Below are positions 26,063 to 32,000 of a DNA stretch of 32,000 nucleotides, in pieces. This stretch comes from Eubacterium sp. (lineage in GTDB: Bacteria; Bacillota; Clostridia; Lachnospirales; Lachnospiraceae): positions 1-32,000 of the forward strand of contig JAFRHL010000015.1 of NCBI GenBank assembly GCA_017433295.1, written 5' to 3'. How positions within the stretch are numbered: position 1 is the stretch's first letter; each line of letters opens with the position of its first letter. Under the pieces are notes generated by a model. The model made no database searches. It was given only the letters and a program-made list of their open reading frames with translations, and was not told where the DNA came from. Position numbers and translations under genes: made by a program.

Positions 26063-26905
26063 TTAATTTCCTTTTATATTGAAATATTTGTCCACACCAT
26101 TGGCAATTCCCTTTGCCAGCTTCTTCTGATAGCTTTTTGAATTCAGCTGCTTATCCTCCCGGGGATTGCTGAGATAGCCGCATTCCAGAATAAAGGTGGG
26201 GATCTTTGCCCAGTTGATGGTTGTATAATAGTTGGATCTTATGGCGCCGCGGCTCTTCTTCCCGACTGCCTTGGCCGTGGAGGAAAGTACCAGATTGGCC
26301 AGCTTGCAGGACTTATTATAAATCTTCTTTCCAACATACTTTGAACTGGCGGGAACACAGGTATGCGGGCCGGAAGAACCGGATCCGGCGGAATCACAGT
26401 GGATACAGATATGGATATCGGCACCGCTCTTATTGGCTTTCTTTGTCCTCTGCTGATTGGACAGGGGACAGTTGTTGGTGGTCCTGAGCATGATCACCTT
26501 ATACCCCCGTTTCTCCAGCTCCTTCTGCAGTGCTTTGGCAATGGCCAGATTTGTCTTATATTCGGGAATGTGAGTTCTCACACCGGCAGTCCCCGATGTC
26601 AGCTTGGCTTTGGTCCCTGATCCTTTAGGAGCGTATCTTTCATGGGCAGAGATACCGCGTCTCTGATGTCCCGCGGCAACAAAAACTGTTTTCTGTTTCT
26701 TTAAATTAGTCTCTTTTTTTTCCGTTGTTTTATTATTGTCACTGTTGTTATTATCATTCGTTTTTGTCTGACCGGCAGTCTTTTCCTGTACTTTTGTACC
26801 TTGACTATCCGTTGCGTCCCCGGTCACGGCAGCCCTGCCGCCCGCAGAGAACAGGCCAAGGGCCAGCACCATAATCAGGAAACTCCATAATACTTTTTTC
26901 ATCAT
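26063..26905 (-). CDS. Secreted N-acetylmuramoyl-L-alanine amidase (Amidase_3-type), 280 aa
   Basis: Signal peptide MMKKVLWSFLIMVLALGLFSAGG, then a low-complexity N/T/K linker. The catalytic region reads ..FVAAGHQ.., ..ADIHICIHCDS.., ..FILECGYLSNPRED.. Confidence 0.85.
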   Translation of the reverse strand: MMKKVLWSFLIMVLALGLFSAGGRAAVTGDATDSQGTKVQEKTAGQTKTNDNNNSDNNKTTEKKETNLKKQKTVFVAAGHQRRGISAHERYAPKGSGTKAKLTSGTAGVRTHIPEYKTNLAIAKALQKELEKRGYKVIMLRTTNNCPLSNQQRTKKANKSGADIHICIHCDSAGSGSSGPHTCVPASSKYVGKKIYNKSCKLANLVLSSTAKAVGKKSRGAIRSNYYTTINWAKIPTFILECGYLSNPREDKQLNSKSYQKKLAKGIANGVDKYFNIKGN

Positions 26906-26920
26906 ATCCTCCTTTGGCTA

Positions 26921-26947
26921 GGAGACAGGGGACGGTTCTCTGTCTCC
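26921..26947. repeat. 27-nt hairpin element, copy A (GGAGACAGGGGACGGTTCTCTGTCTCC)
   Basis: 8-bp stem GGAGACAG/CTGTCTCC with an 11-nt loop. A second copy with 1 mismatch lies at 29476-29502 in the same orientation. Confidence 0.9.
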
Positions 26948-26952
26948 TTCTT

Positions 26953-26989
26953 TAAAACAATAGCAGGCCGGTTAGTTAAACCGACCTGC
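26953..26989 (-). terminator. Intrinsic terminator after rplA
   Basis: The minus strand reads GCAGGTCGGTT-TAACT-AACCGGCCTGC (one G-U), followed by TATTGTTTT. Confidence 0.6.
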
Positions 26990-27071
26990 CGATAGTTCTC
27001 TTTTCAATCGCAAAGGCGATTTCCATTCATTGTCAACTGCCTGCACAGAGCGGGACAGTGTCCGAAAATGA

Positions 27072-27761
27072 TTATAATTTTGCGGTATTAAGCTTGATTC
27101 CGGGGCCCATGGTGGAGGCAACAGTGGCACTTCTGATATACTGTCCCTTGGCGGCTGCCGGTTTAGCCTTAATAATCGCATCTATTAATGTCTGGAAGTT
27201 CTCAATTAACTGCTCCTCTGTAAAAGAAGCTTTTCCGATGGGCACGTGAACGATGTTTGTCTTGTCCAATCTGTACTCGATCTTACCGGCCTTTAACTCC
27301 TGGACAGCCTTTCCGATGTCCATGGTTACCGTACCGGCCTTTGGGTTAGGCATTAAGCCCTTCGGTCCGAGGATACGACCGAGACGTCCGACAACGCTCA
27401 TCATGTTAGGAGTAGCAACTACCTTATCAAAATCCAGCCAGCCTTCTTTCTGGATCTTCGGTACCAGTTCCTCAGCTCCTACGAACTCAGCGCCTGCTGC
27501 TGCAGCTTCATCTGCCTTCTCACCCTTTGCAAAGGCAAGTACGCGAACCTTTTTACCTGTTCCATGAGGTAATACTACAGCACCACGGATCTGCTGATCT
27601 GCGTGGCGTCCGTCAAGACCCATCTTCAGATGTACTTCGATTGTCTCGTCAAACTTTGCACTGGCAACCTGTTTTACGATGGCAATGGCTTCCGGTGCAT
27701 CATATAAAGTTGTTTTATCTCTAAGCTTTGCAGCTTCCTGATATCTTTTACCTCTTTTCAT
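27072..27761 (-). CDS. rplA: 50S ribosomal protein L1
   Basis: 229 aa, [21 protein letters not shown].. Confidence 0.98.
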   Translation of the reverse strand: MKRGKRYQEAAKLRDKTTLYDAPEAIAIVKQVASAKFDETIEVHLKMGLDGRHADQQIRGAVVLPHGTGKKVRVLAFAKGEKADEAAAAGAEFVGAEELVPKIQKEGWLDFDKVVATPNMMSVVGRLGRILGPKGLMPNPKAGTVTMDIGKAVQELKAGKIEYRLDKTNIVHVPIGKASFTEEQLIENFQTLIDAIIKAKPAAAKGQYIRSATVASTMGPGIKLNTAKL

Positions 27762-27835
27762 TATAAATAACCTCCTGTGGTATTATCGGGAGCAACCCTC
27801 CCACTTCATTTCTCTTATCAATTCTTTAAGCGCAA

Positions 27836-28261
27836 TCAGTCTTCTACAGTAATACCCATGCTCCGGGCTGTACCCGCGATCATGCTCATTGCTGCCTCAA
27901 GACTTGCGGCGTTCAGATCAGGCATCTTGATCTCGGCTATCTCTTTGATCTTGTCTTTTGAGATGGATGCAACCTTAACTCTGTTAGGTTCACCTGATCC
28001 GGACTTGATATTGCAGTACTTCTTCAGTAATACTGCTGCCGGAGGTGTTTTAGTAATAAAACTGAATGTTCTGTCCTGGTATACAGTGATCACTACAGGA
28101 ATGATCATATCGCCGTCCTTTGCGGTTCTGGCGTTGAATTCTTTTGTAAACTGGACAATATTCACTCCGTGCTGTCCTAATGCAGGACCTACAGGCGGTG
28201 CAGGTGTTGCCTTGCCTGCCGGAATCTGTAATTTAATATAACCTGTTACTTTCTTTGCCAT
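27836..28261 (-). CDS. rplK: 50S ribosomal protein L11 (141 aa; internal ATG of the 158-aa ORF)
   Basis: [35 protein letters not shown].. Confidence 0.97.
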   Translation of the reverse strand: MAKKVTGYIKLQIPAGKATPAPPVGPALGQHGVNIVQFTKEFNARTAKDGDMIIPVVITVYQDRTFSFITKTPPAAVLLKKYCNIKSGSGEPNRVKVASISKDKIKEIAEIKMPDLNAASLEAAMSMIAGTARSMGITVED

Positions 28262-28313
28262 GATAGTTAACCTCCTATTGTGGTAATTACGGGATGTCCC
28301 TCCCACCGGCATC

Positions 28314-28844
28314 TTATGCTTTTCTTACATCTAAAAATTCAATCTCTACAGAAGTCTCCCTGCCAAACATCTCCACCTCAATGGTGACAGTCTGTTTGCT
28401 CATGTTGATCTCCTTGACAGTGCTTACTCTGCCTTCCCAGGCTCCGGAAACTACTTCAATGAGGTCTCCGACGCCGAAATCAACCTCGATCAGCTTCTCC
28501 TGCTCTTCCGGTCCGGATATGCCCAGATTACGCATCTCGATCTCTGTCAGGGGAATGGGCTCAGAACCCGGTCCGACAAATCCTGTTACACCTCTTGTGT
28601 TGCGGATCACATACCATGTGTCATCATTCATGATCATATTCACAAGGACATAGCCCGGAAACATCTTTTTCTGAACATTCTTCCTGACCCCGTTCTTCAT
28701 CTCCACAACATCCTGGAGAGGAACACGGACTTCAAAAATCTGATCCTGGAGCTTCCTGTTCTCAATGGTCTTCTCAATGTTCGCTTTAACCTTGTTCTCG
28801 TAGCCTGAGTAAGTATGGACTACATACCAGTGTAAATCTGACAT
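28314..28844 (-). CDS. nusG: Transcription termination/antitermination factor NusG
   Basis: 176 aa, [15 protein letters not shown].. with a KOW-type C-terminus. Confidence 0.97.
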   Translation of the reverse strand: MSDLHWYVVHTYSGYENKVKANIEKTIENRKLQDQIFEVRVPLQDVVEMKNGVRKNVQKKMFPGYVLVNMIMNDDTWYVIRNTRGVTGFVGPGSEPIPLTEIEMRNLGISGPEEQEKLIEVDFGVGDLIEVVSGAWEGRVSTVKEINMSKQTVTIEVEMFGRETSVEIEFLDVRKA

Positions 28845-28864
28845 ATACTCTCCTTTTCTCGATG

Positions 28865-29062
28865 CTATATCAGGAAATTGATCCCGTACTGAAGGATCAT
28901 ATCCAGGGTTGCGATAATCACACCCAGAACAATAGCCACCACCGTCACCGTAGTTGTCTCACGGGTCAGTGTATCTTTGTCAGGCCAGCTGATCTTTCTG
29001 AACTCGGACTGAAGACCTCTCCACCAGCTCTTTAAGCCGGTTTTCTTTGTTCCGTCGCTCAT
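28865..29062 (-). CDS. secE: Preprotein translocase subunit SecE
   Basis: 65 aa with a single C-terminal TM helix, positioned between rpmG and nusG. Confidence 0.9.
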   Translation of the reverse strand: MSDGTKKTGLKSWWRGLQSEFRKISWPDKDTLTRETTTVTVVAIVLGVIIATLDMILQYGINFLI

Positions 29063-29089
29063 AATAACACTCCTTACATACCGGTCCGA

Positions 29090-29239
29090 CTATTTTGTTT
29101 CTTTATGAACAGTATGCTTTCTGCAGAACCTGCAATACTTACGGGTCTCAAGACGTTCCGGATGGTTCTTCTTCTCCTTCGTAGTATTGTAGTTACGCTG
29201 CTTGCACTCTGTACATGCCAATGTGATTCTCACGCGCAC
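29090..29239 (-). CDS. rpmG: 50S ribosomal protein L33 (49 aa, GTG start); absent from the ORF track because it is under 60 aa
   Basis: My translation is [54 protein letters not shown] lies 8 nt upstream of GTG 29239. Confidence 0.9.
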   Translation of the reverse strand: MRVRITLACTECKQRNYNTTKEKKNHPERLETRKYCRFCRKHTVHKETK

Positions 29240-29475
29240 AACTTCCACCTCCAATTGCAAAAAACGTTATAAATCCGGCCTTCCTTTATACTGTCAATCA
29301 CCGGGAAAGGCTCAGGGCTTCCCGCCAGGTAACCGGGACGATTTTCGTCAATTCTTTCCGGCAGACCTGTTTTTGAGCATAAAAAAAAGACCTATTCCAT
29401 CGCCAGACTACTATATCACACCCGGACAGGGTTCGTCAATCATTTTCTTTAAAATGGAGAGAGAGGAGACAGTGA

Positions 29476-29502
29476 GGAGACAGGGGACAGTTCTCTGTCT
29501 CC
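29476..29502. repeat. 27-nt hairpin element, copy B (GGAGACAGGGGACAGTTCTCTGTCTCC)
   Basis: 26/27 identical to 26921-26947. It is preceded by a partial duplication GAGGAGACAG and followed by TCTCTTGACTTTTTT. Confidence 0.9.
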
Positions 29503-29506
29503 TCTC

Positions 29507-29535
29507 TTGACTTTTTTCCAGTTTCTGGATATACT
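29507..29535 (+). promoter_or_regulatory. Sigma-A promoter for dut-comFC (TTGACT-17-TATACT)
   Basis: -35 at 29507-29512 and -10 at 29530-29535, ~45 nt upstream of the dut ATG. Confidence 0.55.
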
Positions 29536-29579
29536 CAAATGGTCACAAACCCGCATCCAAATAATCAAGGGAGTTAACC

Positions 29580-30014
29580 ATGAAAACAATCCAAATTAAA
29601 TATTTCTCAGATAAAATAGAAAAGCTTACTTATATTAACGGAATCTCTGACTGGATCGACCTGCGGTCCTCCGTGGATATCCACCTGAGCAAAGGCGAGT
29701 TTGCCCTGATACCTCTGGGAGTCGCCATGCAGCTTCCCGAAGGCTATGAGGCCCATATCGTGCCCCGCAGCTCCACTTATAAGAATTTCGGGATCATCCA
29801 GACCAATCATATGGGTGTTGTGGATGAGAGCTACTGCGGAGATAATGACCAGTGGCATATGCCTGTCCTGGCGGTCCGGGATACGGATATCCATGTAAAT
29901 GACCGTATCTGCCAGTTCCGCATCATGGAGCACCAGCCCGCTTTAAAATTCGAAGAAACCGACCGGCTTGTCCATGCTGACCGGGGCGGCTTCGGCAGCA
30001 CCGGAAAGGCCTGA
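29580..30014 (+). CDS. dut: dUTP diphosphatase (trimeric dUTPase family)
   Basis: 144 aa, with ..VPRSS.., ..[12 protein letters not shown].., ..RGGFGSTG.. Confidence 0.92.
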   Translation: MKTIQIKYFSDKIEKLTYINGISDWIDLRSSVDIHLSKGEFALIPLGVAMQLPEGYEAHIVPRSSTYKNFGIIQTNHMGVVDESYCGDNDQWHMPVLAVRDTDIHVNDRICQFRIMEHQPALKFEETDRLVHADRGGFGSTGKA

Positions 30015-30017
30015 CCT

Positions 30018-30839
30018 ATGATCCGTGTCCTTTCCTTCATCCGGACACAAAAGAGAAAATGGAAGAAGTCGCTAAAAGCCTTCCTCCACTCAGAAAAATA
30101 TATACATTATTCCTTTCGCCTCCGGGAAAGCCTTCTTCCTCTGCTCTTTCCCAGGCATTGTCCCGCCTGCGGAAAGCTCCTTCCCGGGGGCGTCCTTATT
30201 TGTGACAAATGCCGCCGGTCACTTCCCTGGATAAAGGAGCCGGCCTGTTTTCAGTGCGGGAAACCAGTTGGTTCCCCCGAACAGGAACTCTGTTATGACT
30301 GCCGGCAGTTCCCCAAATCATTTTCCCGGGGAATATCTCTACTATTATATAATGAACAAACCCGTCCCATCATGACGAACTTCAAGTACCACAACCGCAG
30401 GATCCTCTCCGGATATTTTGCAGGAGAGATATGTCAACGTTATCATGACCGGCTTCTTACCTGGAAACCGGGACTGATCATCCCCATCCCGGTCCACAGA
30501 AAAAAACTTAAAAGACGAGGATACAACCAGGCGGCTCTTTTAGCCAGAGACCTCTCGGCCCTGACTAAGATTCCTTACTGCAGTGACCTGCTTTTCCGAA
30601 ATACCGACACGGCCCCCCAGAAAAATCTTTCGCCTCAGGCCAGGCTTAACAATCTGAAGGATGCCTTTTCCATGAACCCTGACTATCGGTATCTTCCAAC
30701 GACCTGCCCTGACGTCCTGCTGATCGACGATATCTACACCACCGGCGCAACCATGGAAACCTGTTCCAGAGTACTCCTTAAAGCGGGCTTCAGACGGATT
30801 TATGTATGCACGGTATGCGCCGGAGTTTCCAGAGACTGA
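30018..30839 (+). CDS. comFC: ComF family protein (ComFC-like phosphoribosyltransferase-domain protein)
   Basis: N-terminal Cys pairs CPACG..CDKC..CFQCG..CYDC, then the PRT motif VLLIDDIYTTGAT. The start may be internal. Confidence 0.85.
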   Translation: MIRVLSFIRTQKRKWKKSLKAFLHSEKYIHYSFRLRESLLPLLFPRHCPACGKLLPGGVLICDKCRRSLPWIKEPACFQCGKPVGSPEQELCYDCRQFPKSFSRGISLLLYNEQTRPIMTNFKYHNRRILSGYFAGEICQRYHDRLLTWKPGLIIPIPVHRKKLKRRGYNQAALLARDLSALTKIPYCSDLLFRNTDTAPQKNLSPQARLNNLKDAFSMNPDYRYLPTTCPDVLLIDDIYTTGATMETCSRVLLKAGFRRIYVCTVCAGVSRD

Positions 30840-30879
30840 TAAGTCGGTTTTGTCCGGCAAGGAAAACCGGCCCGCCATA

Positions 30880-32000
30880 TCATTCACCACTATACTCCGC
30901 AAGACATTCCACCAGCCCGGTGTACCTTTTCTGCTCCCGGACATTGCTGATCATCTTCTCCACCATGAACTGCCTGCCAACGATGGCGACGCACTTTTTC
31001 GCCCGGGTAACGGCAGTGTACAAAAGATTACGGTTGCATAAGATGTCGGGTCCGGAAAGCAAAGGCAGGACTACGGCAGGGTATTCACTGCCCTGGGATT
31101 TATGTATGGTGATGGCATAGGCCAGTTCCAGTTCATCCAGTGCGGAAAAGGGGTATTCCACCTGGCGGTTTTCGTCAAAGATTACAGTTACCCGTTCTGA
31201 GAACCGGTTGATCTGGCGGATGATGCCCAGGTCCCCATTAAAAACACCCAGTCCTTCCTCGATCACGGCACCATTGGGCCCGGTGATCTTCCAGGCTGTT
31301 TTATAATTATTCTTTATCTGCATCACTTTATCTCCCTCGCGGAAGATGCCATTATGTACCTCCCTCTCCTCCCTGGAAGGACCGGAGGGGTTCAGGTAAT
31401 ACTGGAGCACCTGGTTCAGATGATCCACGCCAAGTTCTCCCTTCCTCATGGGCGTCAGCACCTGTATGTCAAAGGGATTTGCCTTAATATACTGGGGCAG
31501 CCTGTCCTTTACAAGATAAATAACGCCTCCCATGATGGACCGGATATCATTCTTCTGAAAAAAGAAGAAATCAGGATTCCTGTTATCCAAAACAATCTGC
31601 TCCCCCCGGTTGATCTTATGGGCATTTTGTACGATCCGGCTGCTTTCCTCCTGCCGGTAGATCCGGGTAAGCCTCACCACCGGGAATACCTCCGATTCAA
31701 TCAGATCCTTTAAGACATTCCCGGGTCCCACGCTGGGCAGCTGGTTGGAATCCCCCACAAGGATCAGCCTCGTTCCGGGAAGAACAGCCTTCAGTAATGC
31801 GCACATCAATGAAATATCCACCATGGACATCTCATCCAGAATAATCACATCTGCCTCTATGGGATTCTCTTCATTCTTTTCAAAATGATACTGTTCGTTT
31901 TCCTCCACTCCTCCGGCAAGCTCCAGCAGCCGGTGGATGGTCTTTGCTTCATATCCCGTTGCCTCTGTCATCCTTTTGGCCGCCCGCCCAGTGGGGGCCG
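30880..32000 (-). CDS. recD2: RecD2-like SF1 DNA helicase, C-terminal part (the N-terminus lies beyond the right edge)
   Basis: The frame is open to the window edge: ..PTGRAAKRMTEATGYEAKTIHRLLE.., ..VIILDEMSMVD.., ..LILVGDSNQLPSVGPG.., ..AYAITIHKSQGSEYP.., ..LLYTAVTRAKK.. Confidence 0.9.
   Translation of the reverse strand, partial: APTGRAAKRMTEATGYEAKTIHRLLELAGGVEENEQYHFEKNEENPIEADVIILDEMSMVDISLMCALLKAVLPGTRLILVGDSNQLPSVGPGNVLKDLIESEVFPVVRLTRIYRQEESSRIVQNAHKINRGEQIVLDNRNPDFFFFQKNDIRSIMGGVIYLVKDRLPQYIKANPFDIQVLTPMRKGELGVDHLNQVLQYYLNPSGPSREEREVHNGIFREGDKVMQIKNNYKTAWKITGPNGAVIEEGLGVFNGDLGIIRQINRFSERVTVIFDENRQVEYPFSALDELELAYAITIHKSQGSEYPAVVLPLLSGPDILCNRNLLYTAVTRAKKCVAIVGRQFMVEKMISNVREQKRYTGLVECLAEYSGE

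Noticed and set aside
30840-30880. Hairpin CGGTTTT/AAAACCG between the convergent comFC and recD2 genes as a bidirectional terminator
   Set aside because: It is only a 7-bp AT-rich stem with an 11-nt loop and no U-tract on either strand. This is insufficient evidence.
1-32000. CRISPR arrays, tRNA or rRNA genes, and large tandem repeats
   Set aside because: Reading both strands showed no regularly spaced repeat-spacer pattern and no cloverleaf-like or rRNA-like sequence. The only short periodic repeats are the IS subterminal motifs.

Overview
Chromosome segment from a Gram-positive, Clostridia-like organism (inferred from gene order and protein sequences). 12.1-32 kb is core. It holds the minus-strand block rpmG-secE-nusG-rplK-rplA-[amidase]-rplJ-rplL-rpoB-rpoC-rpsL-rpsG-fusA-tuf, with readable sigma-A promoters, an L10-leader attenuator and intrinsic terminators, followed by dut-comFC (+) and a partial recD2-like helicase (-). 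0-12.1 kb is accessory and has three parts. (i) An ~8.1-kb AT-richer integrative island (4036-12134) is bounded by the 14-nt direct repeat CCCATAAAATCAAG and sits 12 nt downstream of the tuf stop codon. Its mobility and maintenance genes are decayed: the tyrosine integrase has a deletion, a stop and a frameshift, ParB has an internal deletion, RepA_N has a nonsense codon, and only an XRE remnant is left. ParA and the cargo remain open: an ADP-ribosylglycohydrolase, a membrane-anchored EndA-like nuclease, an HsdM-like methyltransferase fused to one S-type target-recognition domain, and small ORFs. (ii) A 3255-bp IS21-family element (501-3755) has TG..CA ends, 24-nt-periodic subterminal repeats and a 5-bp TGGCT duplication. 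It carries a third, uncharacterised ORF coupled to istB, and its istA is split by a 1-nt change in an A6 tract. (iii) The IS sits inside a ~218-bp, TIR-bounded, hairpin-rich non-coding element that abuts a 5'-truncated SDR gene. No rRNA, tRNA or CRISPR array was seen. All calls come from reading the sequence and the ORF track by eye; no database search was run.
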